A DNA stretch of 32,000 bases. Source: an uncultured Chloroflexia bacterium. Lineage in GTDB: Bacteria; Chloroflexota; Anaerolineae; Anaerolineales; Anaerolineaceae. This document shows positions 8,297-17,040 of this stretch, one piece after another (position 1 is the stretch's first letter; each line of letters opens with the position of its first letter). The notes beneath the pieces were generated by a model. That model worked only from the letters and a program-made list of their open reading frames with translations. It did no database searches and was not told the origin of the DNA. Position numbers and translations under genes: made by a program. The stretch covers positions 2,070,001 to 2,102,000 of the forward strand of contig OY969938.1 in NCBI GenBank assembly GCA_963704755.1, in the 5' to 3' direction.

Positions 8297-9016
8297 ATGG
8301 CAAAGCACGGTAAGAAATATATTGCAGCCAGCGCCAAAGTGGTCCTCGACCAGAACTATTCGCCAGAAGAAGCAATGACACTGGTGAAAGAAACTTCGAC
8401 CACCAAGTTCGATGCGACTGTAGAAGTACACATGCGCACTGGGCTCGACCCGCGCCAGGCTGACCAGCAGGTCCGTGACGTGGTCGTGCTCCCCCATGGC
8501 CTGGGTAAAACGGTCAAAGTTTTGGTATTCGCCCAGGGCGAAGCTGCCGAAAAAGCAAAAGACGGTGGCGCCGATTACATCGCCGATAGCGACGAGTGGA
8601 TTACCCGCATCCAGGGCGGTTTCACCGACTTCGATGTGGCCATCGCCACCCCGGATATGATGAGCAAAGCCGGTCGCCTGGGCCGTGTCCTCGGCCCGCG
8701 TGGCTTGATGCCAAACCCCAAGGCCGGTACCGTTGTACCCGCCGAAGATTTGCCCCGGGTCATTCGCGAGGCGAAAGCCGGTCGGGTCGAGTTCCGCCTG
8801 GATAAAACCGCCAACATTCACGTGCCCATCGGTAAAGTTTCCTTCACCAGCGAGCAGCTCTACAACAACCTGGCCGCTTTGATGGAAGCCATCAAGAAAG
8901 CCAAACCGACCGGCGCCAAAGGGACCTACCTCCGCAAAATCACCGTGGCCTCTACCATGGGCCCCGGCATCAAAGTGGACGCGCTGCAAGCACAGGGCAT
9001 GGCCATCAAGGAGTAA
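8297..9016 (+). CDS. rplA: 50S ribosomal protein L1
   Basis: 239 aa. [28 protein letters not shown] is typical L1. AAGGAG lies upstream. Confidence 0.95.
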   Translation: MAKHGKKYIAASAKVVLDQNYSPEEAMTLVKETSTTKFDATVEVHMRTGLDPRQADQQVRDVVVLPHGLGKTVKVLVFAQGEAAEKAKDGGADYIADSDEWITRIQGGFTDFDVAIATPDMMSKAGRLGRVLGPRGLMPNPKAGTVVPAEDLPRVIREAKAGRVEFRLDKTANIHVPIGKVSFTSEQLYNNLAALMEAIKKAKPTGAKGTYLRKITVASTMGPGIKVDALQAQGMAIKE

Positions 9017-9234
9017 CGAACTAGAAATTAGTCCGTATTCCATAAGAAAGACGCCTTCACCGGTGAAAGCTGGTGCCAGACAGGCTTAATTTCCAGCCTA
9101 GGTGAAGACTTTTCCCCAACAAGTTCGCTGCAAAAGCCGGATATACCGGCCGGAAGTAGCCGAGGAAAGTCTTTGCCTGGCAAATACAAGGCAAAGACTT
9201 TTTTTATTCTAATCAGAAAGGAGGTAAATTCTCA
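9017..9234 (+). promoter_or_regulatory. rplJ (L10) leader with terminator/antiterminator alternative
   Basis: 218-nt untranslated leader. The terminator hairpin aaagtctttgcc 9166-9177 / ggcaaagacttt 9190-9201 is followed by a T-run to 9205. The segment aaagtctt (9166-9173) can pair instead with the upstream aagacttt (9105-9112). Confidence 0.5.
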
Positions 9235-9780
9235 TTGGCATATACAAAAGAGCACAAGAATGAACTGGTTGACCAATACGCTAATTGGCTGAAAGAAAGC
9301 AAAGGTGTATTCGTCCTGAGCTACAACAAAATGGCCATGAAAGACATCGATACCCTGCGGGCCAAAATCCGCGAAGCCGGTGGCGAGCTGCATGTGGTGA
9401 AAAACACCCTGATGAGCCTGGCACTGGATCAGATGAACGTCAGCAATAAAGAGGTATTCGATGGCGCCTCATTGGCCGGGTTTGCATTCAACGATATCGC
9501 TGCGATGGCAAAAGTCGTCAGCGAAGCGTCTGCCAAATCCGAGATCTTTGCGGTCAAGGGTGGTTACCTGGGCACCGAAGCCATCACCGATAAACAGGTC
9601 AAAGCATTAGCCGACCTGCCCCCGCTGCCAGTTATGCGCGCAATCCTCTTGGGCACGATTTCAGCCCCGGCAAGCAAACTGGTCCGTACACTGGCCGAAC
9701 CCGCTCGTGGCATGGCTGCCGTCATCAAAGCCTATTCCGAAAAGGATGGCTCCGCATCCGCAGAGCCGGTGGCAGCCTAG
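9235..9780 (+). CDS. rplJ: 50S ribosomal protein L10
   Basis: 181 aa, TTG start 10 nt after AGGAGG. KEHKNELVDQY..VVKNTL is typical L10. Confidence 0.92.
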   Translation: MAYTKEHKNELVDQYANWLKESKGVFVLSYNKMAMKDIDTLRAKIREAGGELHVVKNTLMSLALDQMNVSNKEVFDGASLAGFAFNDIAAMAKVVSEASAKSEIFAVKGGYLGTEAITDKQVKALADLPPLPVMRAILLGTISAPASKLVRTLAEPARGMAAVIKAYSEKDGSASAEPVAA

Positions 9781-9966
9781 CCTTGTATTTTGTTTAAACC
9801 GAATGGATCCCCATTCGGAATGAGAACAGGATTTTTATTTATTCATCCCTGGATCAGGGCAAATCGCCTGCCTTTTCTAAAAGAAAACTCGGCGCGCTGC
9901 GCTAAAGGTGAACGCCTTATCCACATGAAAATTTCTACTGAGTAATTCCTATTAGGAGAATTTGAA

Positions 9967-10344
9967 ATGGCAGATCTGGAAAAAATCGTTGATGAACTCG
10001 GCCAGCTTTCCGTATTGGAAGCCGCTGAATTGGTAAAATTGCTGGAAGAGAAGTGGGGCGTTTCCGCCGCCGCTCCTGTAGCCGCCATGGCTGCTGCGCC
10101 CGCCGCCGCCGCCGCTGAACCCGTCGAAGAGAAGACCGAGTTCGACGTCGTCCTCAAGGACGCTGGCCCCAAGAAAATCGAGACCATCAAGGTCATCCGC
10201 CAGCTCACCAGCCTGGGCCTGGTAGAAGCCAAGACCATGGCCGAGACCGCCGGTGCCAAAGTCCTGACCGGTGTTGGCAAAGAAGCCGCCAACGACGCCA
10301 AAGGCAAATTGGAAGCCGCTGGCGCAGCCGTCGAGATTGCCTAG
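9967..10344 (+). CDS. rplL: 50S ribosomal protein L7/L12
   Basis: 125 aa with an Ala/Pro-rich hinge and C-terminal [29 protein letters not shown] at 9954-9958. Confidence 0.95.
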   Translation: MADLEKIVDELGQLSVLEAAELVKLLEEKWGVSAAAPVAAMAAAPAAAAAEPVEEKTEFDVVLKDAGPKKIETIKVIRQLTSLGLVEAKTMAETAGAKVLTGVGKEAANDAKGKLEAAGAAVEIA

Positions 10345-10354
10345 TCATCAGCAA

Positions 10355-10394
10355 CCAAAAAAGACGCGCGTGCAAAACACGCGCGTCTTTTTTT
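10355..10394. terminator. bidirectional intrinsic terminator between rplL and lexA
   Basis: aagacgcgcgtg 10361-10372 / cacgcgcgtctt 10378-10389, with an A-tract on the left and a T-tract on the right. Confidence 0.7.
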
Positions 10395-10427
10395 ATCCTA
10401 CAAAGTAACGCCCCTAATTCGGTTTTC

Positions 10428-11150
10428 TTACATGGCCGCCTGGGGCATCTGGCGGATCACCATAACCACCTTGCCCATGATGCGCAGGCTCTGCGGATTA
10501 TCCACATAGATCGGGCCCATGGTCGGGTTGGCCGGCTGTAAGCGGATACGGTTGTTCTCTTTATAGAAATACTTCAGGGTGGTTTCATCCTTATCGTCCA
10601 GCCAGACCGCCACCATTTCGCCGTTGTTGGCCTCCTGGGCCGGCCGCATGATGATAATGTCGCCATCGTTGATCATGGCATCGATCATCGAATCGCCTTG
10701 TACTTCCAGGGCAAACAATTCGCTGGGCTTTTCCTTGACCGGCAGCAGACTGCGCGCAATTTCCACCCCGGATTCCGGGTCGAAATAGGCCAGGTCCGAA
10801 GCCGGCACCGGGATCGGCGCACTGGCGACGATCCGGCCGAGCATAGGAATTTGGATCAGCTCATCCAACCGCTGGGTCACCTGCCGGACCGCTCCGCCTA
10901 CCTTGGCGCTTGCGGTTTGCAGGGGTTTCACTACCCGAATTGAACGCGAAATGCGATTATCGCGCGAAATAAATCCCATCTTTTCGAGCTGGTTGAGATA
11001 GTAATCCACCAGCGAGGTGGATTTAACGTCGATACTGTCGCCAATTTCACGGATCGATGGAGAATAGCCATTATTGTCCTGGAACTCTGAAAGGAATGCC
11101 AGGATTTTCTTATGTCTATCGCTCAAACCTTCGTTTCGTCTCGCCATCAT
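10428..11150 (-). CDS. lexA: LexA repressor (S24 peptidase), long-linker form
   Basis: 240 aa. Winged-HTH N-terminus (ILAFL..GYSPSIREIG), catalytic GDSM and a C-terminal GKVV lysine region. Confidence 0.9.
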   Translation of the reverse strand: MMARRNEGLSDRHKKILAFLSEFQDNNGYSPSIREIGDSIDVKSTSLVDYYLNQLEKMGFISRDNRISRSIRVVKPLQTASAKVGGAVRQVTQRLDELIQIPMLGRIVASAPIPVPASDLAYFDPESGVEIARSLLPVKEKPSELFALEVQGDSMIDAMINDGDIIIMRPAQEANNGEMVAVWLDDKDETTLKYFYKENNRIRLQPANPTMGPIYVDNPQSLRIMGKVVMVIRQMPQAAM

Positions 11151-11213
11151 CTAACTCCTTGCAGCTCAGCCATGCAGCAGCCTTGTTACCTGATATCGTT
11201 CATTTGTACTATA

Positions 11214-11242
11214 ATAATACACGAACAATTGTTCTGTGTCAA
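11214..11242 (-). promoter_or_regulatory. lexA promoter with embedded SOS (Cheo-type) box
   Basis: On the minus strand: TTGACA (11242-11237), 17-nt spacer cagaacaattgttcgtg, TATTAT (11219-11214). The spacer holds the palindrome GAAC-AATT-GTTC (11223-11234). Confidence 0.65.
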
Positions 11243-11316
11243 GCTGTTATTTATGAAGTCGTGTAACTACTCAGCCTAACGGGTAGGAGCCAGCCTACAG
11301 CCCCCACCCTTCTTGC

Positions 11317-13320
11317 CTACCTGAGCACAGTGGGTAAATAAATCCATTTACTATTGATCAGCTCCGTCACGGCTGCATTGGCGTCCAACAGACCGGCGCC
11401 CGTCGAATACTGGTCGCCCCCACTCATGACATGCGCCGAGGATTGCAGAATCGCTTTTATCCACGGCTGGGTGAGCGGAACGCCCATCTGATTGGCCTTT
11501 TGCTCGACCAGCGCTGCGATTGCGGCTGCATGCGGCGCCGCCGCCGACGTACCAAAAAAGCGCTCACAGCCATCGTAGTTTTCATAGAAAAAAGTTGTGC
11601 AAACCCCATCTGTGGCCGTAAAATCGGGCTGCTGTAGAACCAGCGGTGTAGTCAGTGCCGCTGCCGCGCTGGTACCAACTACCGGGCCAAAATAGTGGGT
11701 GGCCGGCCCACGGCTGGAATAATACTCGGGAACGGTCGTACTCGTGTAGGGGGCAGCGGCTACGCTAAGGCTTCTGAGCGAGGCGGCATGGCCAAAAACC
11801 GCCGGCCCAACAATATCTCCCCCACTTGAAATGTTATATTCGGTACTGAGAACGGCCAGGTTAGACTGGATGAAGATATATTTCAGCCGTGGTTTTCCGC
11901 TCCCGGACAGGCGGTTGACGACAATGTTCACCGAAATACTCGAAGCGGTGTGGTTGGTATAGCTAAAATACTCGAACGGCTCCTGGATTCCGGAAATTCC
12001 ATTGTTAATGTATTTGCTGGACGCCAGAATATTGTGACTGGAATTATTGTCCACCAAATAGATGTCGAAGTTATCGGTCACGCCATACCATGGTTCCGCC
12101 CATTGAAAGGTCACACTCAGTGTACCACCCGAGGCCAACTGGACCCCGCTCAATGGATCTGTGCCCGTGCCGGTATTGAAATTGTGACAGGTGCCGCCGA
12201 TTGTACTTCCACCCAGGGTCGGGCAAGTTATAGGACGATACGCCGGCGCTTCGTAGGAACTGACGTAATTCCCGCCGGCAGAGGCATTATCATTTCCGGT
12301 CGCGGTGAAATATAAGGCCCCTGAGTTAACCACATCGGAAATGGCCACACTCACGGGCCCATCCTGGTAAAACGGCTCATCCGGATAATACAAATCGTCG
12401 ACAATAATGTCGGCACCGGCGTTACGTAGTGCACGGATGTTGTTCGCAAAGCCATTCTCGCCGGTCCCGCCGGTGGCAAAACTTAATCCGGCGCCAGGCG
12501 CCAGGTCGTGAATAATCTGGAGCATGGCCCTGCCTTCGTCGGTTACATTGCTGCCGGGGTAATCATAAACAGGAGAAATTGTGCTGGTATACCCGCAGGG
12601 ATTGGTGGAACCCGGCAGGTCGCCAGAGGCAATATCCGTGGACGCACTGGTCCCAGCCGATGTGTCTTTATTATAAGAATCAGAGATAACGCCTATTTTT
12701 ACCCCGCTCCCGCTAAGGCTGTAGTTCGATCGGGCCTGATCGGCATGCAGCAGGCTGTCACCCACCGATTTGGCATTTCCCCAGGGACAGGTATAGTCGA
12801 TAGAATCTTGCCGGGATGAATTTGCGCTCCCGTTTACCACCGGTGCCAGCACTTCGAATACATTTTCTACGGATGGCAGGGCGGCCAGGTTGTTCAAATC
12901 GGCCGGATTGACATATGCGGTCACAGTACGATAATTCTGCGCCACATCCAATATCTCCGCGCCGGCCTGGCGCAGCGACTCCTGCAGCGAGTCCGATAAA
13001 TCGCTGGCCCGAATATCGACCATAATCTGACCGCTATCGCTCCAGCTCAGGCTGCCGAAACCTTCGGCCGGCAAACTCAACGATTGCGCCAGCTCATCCG
13101 GGTTGGCCGATTGAATATTTTGTGTGTTTGCCAGCATATCCAGGCGGTAGGACAGCTTGCTTTCATTGCCCTGTTCTGGCAAGGATGTCTCTGCTGGCGA
13201 AGATGTTTGTTCATATCCACTGTTTGCCGGCGATGCTCCTATCTGGGACCAAGCGAATAAAAGTACCACCGCCAGGAGAACAATACGGTTTACCGGTTTG
13301 AATCGAACCAGCGCTTGCAT
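11317..13320 (-). CDS. secreted S8/S53-family serine peptidase (subtilase-like)
   Basis: 667 aa. N-terminal signal-like segment IVLLAVVLLFAWSQIGASPA; Asp region GVKIGVISDSY; His region MLQIIHDLAPGA; Ser motif GTSAAAPHAAAIAAL. Confidence 0.85.
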   Translation of the reverse strand: MQALVRFKPVNRIVLLAVVLLFAWSQIGASPANSGYEQTSSPAETSLPEQGNESKLSYRLDMLANTQNIQSANPDELAQSLSLPAEGFGSLSWSDSGQIMVDIRASDLSDSLQESLRQAGAEILDVAQNYRTVTAYVNPADLNNLAALPSVENVFEVLAPVVNGSANSSRQDSIDYTCPWGNAKSVGDSLLHADQARSNYSLSGSGVKIGVISDSYNKDTSAGTSASTDIASGDLPGSTNPCGYTSTISPVYDYPGSNVTDEGRAMLQIIHDLAPGAGLSFATGGTGENGFANNIRALRNAGADIIVDDLYYPDEPFYQDGPVSVAISDVVNSGALYFTATGNDNASAGGNYVSSYEAPAYRPITCPTLGGSTIGGTCHNFNTGTGTDPLSGVQLASGGTLSVTFQWAEPWYGVTDNFDIYLVDNNSSHNILASSKYINNGISGIQEPFEYFSYTNHTASSISVNIVVNRLSGSGKPRLKYIFIQSNLAVLSTEYNISSGGDIVGPAVFGHAASLRSLSVAAAPYTSTTVPEYYSSRGPATHYFGPVVGTSAAAALTTPLVLQQPDFTATDGVCTTFFYENYDGCERFFGTSAAAPHAAAIAALVEQKANQMGVPLTQPWIKAILQSSAHVMSGGDQYSTGAGLLDANAAVTELINSKWIYLPTVLR

Positions 13321-13446
13321 TTTTTCTACTCCCTGAATAGCCCGGAACGCGTTTTTTGGAATATTTATTTATCATCAGTGAAATTTTCCTTCGGTTATCC
13401 CCTTTAGGCCAATTCAATTACTAATTTTATCGCTTAACACCTGTTT

Positions 13447-13501
13447 CGCTATATAAAAAAGAGGCGCCAGGCCTTGCCTGGCGCCTCTTTTTTATATAGC
13501 G
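13447..13501. terminator. 26-bp palindromic hairpin (A-tract/T-tract flanked), repeat family GCTATRTATAAAAAGAGGCG
   Basis: cgctatataaaaaagaggcgccaggc / gcctggcgcctcttttttatatagcg with loop ctt. A sequence-related copy lies at 19111-19157. Confidence 0.55.
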
Positions 13502-13510
13502 AAGAAAAAC

Positions 13511-13622
13511 GTAACTGCTCTGCCTATCAGGTAAGAAAACCGAATTTGAGGTGTTTGCGGGGGCTTCGCCCCCGCAAACACCTCAAATTCGGGAACTTTC
13601 TAACATAAGCCTGAGTAGTTAC
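13511..13622. mobile_element. MITE-like element, copy A (112 bp; TIRs, central hairpin, 8-bp target duplication)
   Basis: Ends gtaactgctctgcct (13511-13525) and agcctgagtagttac (13608-13622) are inverted repeats, 12/15. Direct repeats agaaaaac flank it at 13503-13510 and 13623-13630. A central 25-bp hairpin spans 13540-13592. Confidence 0.5.
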
Positions 13623-13631
13623 AGAAAAACT

Positions 13632-15161
13632 TTATTCCACTTCGCGCTCGCGAAGATGGGGGAACAGGATCACCTCGCGGATCGAGCGATGGTCGGTCAA
13701 CAGCATTACCAGCCGGTCGACTCCCATACCAAACCCACCCATCGGGGGCATACCGTAAGCCATGGCCCGCAGATAATCCTCGTCCATGGGGTGGCGCTCC
13801 TCATCTTCGCTCTCGTAAGCGCGGCCCATTTCCAAAAAGCGCGTTTCCTGCTCCAGGGTGTCGTTTAGCTCGGTAAAAGCGTTGCACAGCTCCATCCCGC
13901 CCACGAACCCTTCGAAGCGTTCCACGGTGGTGGGATCGCCGGGAATATTCTTGGCCAGCGGAGAGATATCGCGTGGATAATCGTACAGGAAAGTCGGCTG
14001 GATCAGGGTCGGCTCGAGGAAATCGCCCAACAACCCGTCGATCAGCTTACCGCGGGCAGCGCCCTCCTTGAAGGGGTATCCTTTGGCCCGCATCGCATCT
14101 TGCAGGCTTTCGGCCGTCGGGCAAGCGCAAATGTCGATGCCCGATTTTTCCAACAGCCCTTTGCGCAAGTCCAGCCGCTGCCAGGGTGGATTGAAATCGA
14201 TCGTCTTGCCGTCGAACTGCACCACACGCGTGCCAAGTACCTCGTCGCAGGCTGCGGCGATCATCTGCTCGGTCAGTTCCATCACCTTCAGGTAATCGGC
14301 GTACGCCCAATAGAACTCGATCTGGGTAAATTCAGGGTTGTGTTTGAAACTGACGCCCTCGTTGCGAAAGTCGCGGCCGATTTCGTAAACGCGGTCGATA
14401 CCGCCCACGATCAGCCGTTTCAAATACAATTCAAAGGAAATCCGCAGATACAAGTCCTGCTTGAGTTGATTGTGGTGAGTGATAAACGGCTTTGCCGCCG
14501 CACCACCATAAATAGGCTGGAGGACCGGGGTTTCTACTTCCAAGAATCCGCGTCCATCGAGGAAGTTGCGTAAAGAGCGCACCGTCGCAGCCCGGGCTCT
14601 GAAAATATCACGCACCTCGGGGTTAACGGCCAGGTCAGCGTAGCGCTGGCGAAAACGCACTTCCGGGTCGGCCAGGGTAGCGTGTCGGACGATCTCGCCG
14701 TCCACCATCTCGTCCTTGGCTGCCGGTAAAGGAGAAATCGCCTTGGCTAACATATGAAAATCGGTCACATGCAGGGTAATTTCCCCGGTGCGCGTGCGGA
14801 ACAAAAAGCCCTGGGCTTCGACGAAATCACCCAGGTCGAAATTATCGGTGAAAAAGTCCAGCCTGTCCTTGCCCAGTTCGTTGACCCGCAAGAAAAGCTG
14901 TACGCGTCCCCAGCCATCTTCAATGTGGGCAAAGGTGATCTTGCCCATCGGGCGCATCGAGCGGATCCGGCCGCCCAGGGTGACTTCCACCGGATCGGGG
15001 GTTTTCCCTTCACCAGCCTCCCCTTCCGCCTTAATGAAAAGGTCGGTCGCCTCACGGATGGTGTGGGTGACATTTGAGCGCGTAGGGTATGGCTCGACGC
15101 CGTTCTCGCGCAGCTTCAACATCTTTCCCAGCCTGATTTTTTCTAGATCCGATAATTCCAT
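13632..15161 (-). CDS. lysS: lysine--tRNA ligase (class II)
   Basis: 509 aa. OB-fold N-terminus and class II motifs ([19 protein letters not shown]). Confidence 0.95.
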   Translation of the reverse strand: MELSDLEKIRLGKMLKLRENGVEPYPTRSNVTHTIREATDLFIKAEGEAGEGKTPDPVEVTLGGRIRSMRPMGKITFAHIEDGWGRVQLFLRVNELGKDRLDFFTDNFDLGDFVEAQGFLFRTRTGEITLHVTDFHMLAKAISPLPAAKDEMVDGEIVRHATLADPEVRFRQRYADLAVNPEVRDIFRARAATVRSLRNFLDGRGFLEVETPVLQPIYGGAAAKPFITHHNQLKQDLYLRISFELYLKRLIVGGIDRVYEIGRDFRNEGVSFKHNPEFTQIEFYWAYADYLKVMELTEQMIAAACDEVLGTRVVQFDGKTIDFNPPWQRLDLRKGLLEKSGIDICACPTAESLQDAMRAKGYPFKEGAARGKLIDGLLGDFLEPTLIQPTFLYDYPRDISPLAKNIPGDPTTVERFEGFVGGMELCNAFTELNDTLEQETRFLEMGRAYESEDEERHPMDEDYLRAMAYGMPPMGGFGMGVDRLVMLLTDHRSIREVILFPHLREREVE

Positions 15162-15194
15162 TTACTCGAGTACCTTTCGTTATATGTGCTTTCA

Positions 15195-15232
15195 AAGAAA
15201 AGCCCCGCCCCCAAACACACGGCGGGCGGGGC
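15195..15232 (-). terminator. intrinsic terminator after greA
   Basis: gccccgccc 15202-15210 / gggcggggc 15224-15232. The minus strand then reads cttttctttg. Confidence 0.5.
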
Positions 15233-15250
15233 GGAATTCCTACCCCAGTG

Positions 15251-15715
15251 CTATTCTACCTTAATTATCGAAACTGTGAACGAGCCCGCCGGAGCGTCAA
15301 CCAAAACTTTTTCTCCGACCTTCTTGTTGAGCAAGGCCCTTCCCAGCGGTGATTCGTTCGATATTTTGCCAACGCTCGGGTTTGCTTCGGCCGCACCGAC
15401 AATCGAATAGCTTTCCTCCCCCTCAGCGCCTTCTTCCTGTATGACTACTTTCGACCCCACCTGGATGACATCCGGCGAACGTGAGTCATCCGCGATTTTG
15501 GCAGTGGCCAGCAGAATCTCGAGCTCTTTGATGCGTCCTTCGACGAAAGCCTGCTCGTTTTTGGCTGCTTCGTATTCGGCATTGTCGATCAACTCTCCGC
15601 CTTCCATTGCCTCGTGTAAACGGTCGGCAATCTCCAGACGACGTTGAGTGCGTAACTGGTCCAATTCCTCTTGTAGCTTATCGAAACCCTCGCGGGTCAG
15701 GAACGAGGTTGGCAT
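15251..15715 (-). CDS. greA: transcription elongation factor GreA
   Basis: 154 aa. LTREGFDKLQEELDQL coiled-coil N-terminus and a C-terminal globular domain. Confidence 0.93.
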   Translation of the reverse strand: MPTSFLTREGFDKLQEELDQLRTQRRLEIADRLHEAMEGGELIDNAEYEAAKNEQAFVEGRIKELEILLATAKIADDSRSPDVIQVGSKVVIQEEGAEGEESYSIVGAAEANPSVGKISNESPLGRALLNKKVGEKVLVDAPAGSFTVSIIKVE

Positions 15716-15903
15716 GGTTTAACAATCCCTTTTCTGCAGTTGATGAAATTAACGGGGGGGCCCCCTGCTAGGAAAAACCTTCGTTAAATGAAAGAAAACC
15801 TCTCCGTATGGAGGGATTCTCTACTTTGAGTTTAGCTATCATATCATAAAAAAAAAGCCAATGCAAGCGCGGGTCTGGCCGTAAATCGATTACTCGGGCG
15901 GAG

Positions 15904-15932
15904 TTAAATCGGCCGCAGGTGTGCTGTATAAT
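15904..15932 (+). promoter_or_regulatory. putative promoter of the zinc-ribbon/beta-helix gene
   Basis: TTAAAT (15904-15909), 17-nt spacer, perfect TATAAT (15927-15932). It lies ~125 nt upstream of the ATG at 16060. Confidence 0.35.
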
Positions 15933-16059
15933 ATAGCAAAATTGGTCGTGTGATCAATTATTATTCCAACCCTATCTTACAACCCAATAGCCCCAACCTC
16001 AAACCCATTCAGACCACCGAAAGGTTCCTGTCCTTTTCACGCCTCATGCGGAGGATCCT

Positions 16060-17040
16060 ATGAAGAAATCATCGACGCAATGTCCAAATTGTGGAGCCCA
16101 AAACGACCCGTCGGCTTTATTCTGTTCCAAATGCGGCAATAAACTGCCGCCTGCAAACGCCTCGTCCGCAAAGGCCCCCAAACCGCCGGCGAAAAACCCG
16201 GCCTGGGTCGTCCCCGTGACCATTGTCGGCCTGGTGGTCATCGCCGGCTTGATTTATACGATTATCTCGTTGTTGATGTCGGGCGGCCTTTTCGATCCAG
16301 CCAGCACACCTACCCCAACTGCCACAGCCACTCCGGCTGAGACGCCCATGCCCGTCGCCACCGCCACACCTCTACCTACGCCAACCATCGCCGGCATCGC
16401 CCCGGGCCAGGACCTGGCCGCGATCATCGCGAACGCCGCCGATGGGGACACGATCACACTTGCGCCGGGCACTTTCACGCTCGCCCAGGGCCTGGATCTC
16501 ACCAAAAGCCTGACGATCGTCGGCGCCGGCTCTGGCGCGACTACCCTCACCACCGGCCACCCGGCTGCCAGCCTGCCGGCCGTGATCGCTTTTTCAGGCT
16601 CGGGGAAACTGTCACTGCAGGGGCTGGCCCTGGCGTACCGCGGCACGGATCCCGCCGCGATTCTGGCGTTGACCTCCGGTATGTTGGACCTGGCGGACTG
16701 TACCCTCAGCGGTTCGACGTTAAGCAGCAGCAAGAAGCAACTAGGCGCAATCCAGCTCAGTAACGATGCCAGCGGTACTATTCGCGACAGCCGTATCGAG
16801 GGAAATAAAAACGCCGATACCGGCGATAAGCCGTCTAACGTCCCGGGTGGGATCATCCTCAACGGCAATGCCCAGTTGACCATTGACGGCAGCGAAATAA
16901 CCGACTCTGTATTTTGGGTTTTACATCTACGGAACGTCGAAACTCACCATCCAAAACAGCACCATCAAGAATACCTCTTACGGCGGCGATGTTTTGGAAA
17001 GTGCCAGCGCCACCGTGCAGGGCAACACTTTTCAGGGTAA
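16060..17040 (+). CDS. zinc-ribbon / TM / parallel beta-helix repeat protein, 5' fragment of a frameshifted gene
   Basis: CPNCGAQN..CSKCGN zinc ribbon, TM helix VVPVTIVGLVVIAGLIYTIISLLM, Thr/Pro linker, then beta-helix repeats up to ..IDGSEITDS (about 16908). The remaining ~45 codons look out of frame. Confidence 0.75.
   Translation: MKKSSTQCPNCGAQNDPSALFCSKCGNKLPPANASSAKAPKPPAKNPAWVVPVTIVGLVVIAGLIYTIISLLMSGGLFDPASTPTPTATATPAETPMPVATATPLPTPTIAGIAPGQDLAAIIANAADGDTITLAPGTFTLAQGLDLTKSLTIVGAGSGATTLTTGHPAASLPAVIAFSGSGKLSLQGLALAYRGTDPAAILALTSGMLDLADCTLSGSTLSSSKKQLGAIQLSNDASGTIRDSRIEGNKNADTGDKPSNVPGGIILNGNAQLTIDGSEITDSVFWVLHLRNVETHHPKQHHQEYLLRRRCFGKCQRHRAGQHFSG

Noticed and set aside
7799-9043. 414-aa ORF on the minus strand
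   Set aside because: It is antisense to rplK and rplA and spans their intergenic gap. It has no recognisable motifs.
13211-13417. 68-aa minus-strand ORF overlapping the subtilase start
   Set aside because: It overlaps the signal-peptide region of the subtilase in another frame and extends into the AT-rich promoter. It has no supporting features.
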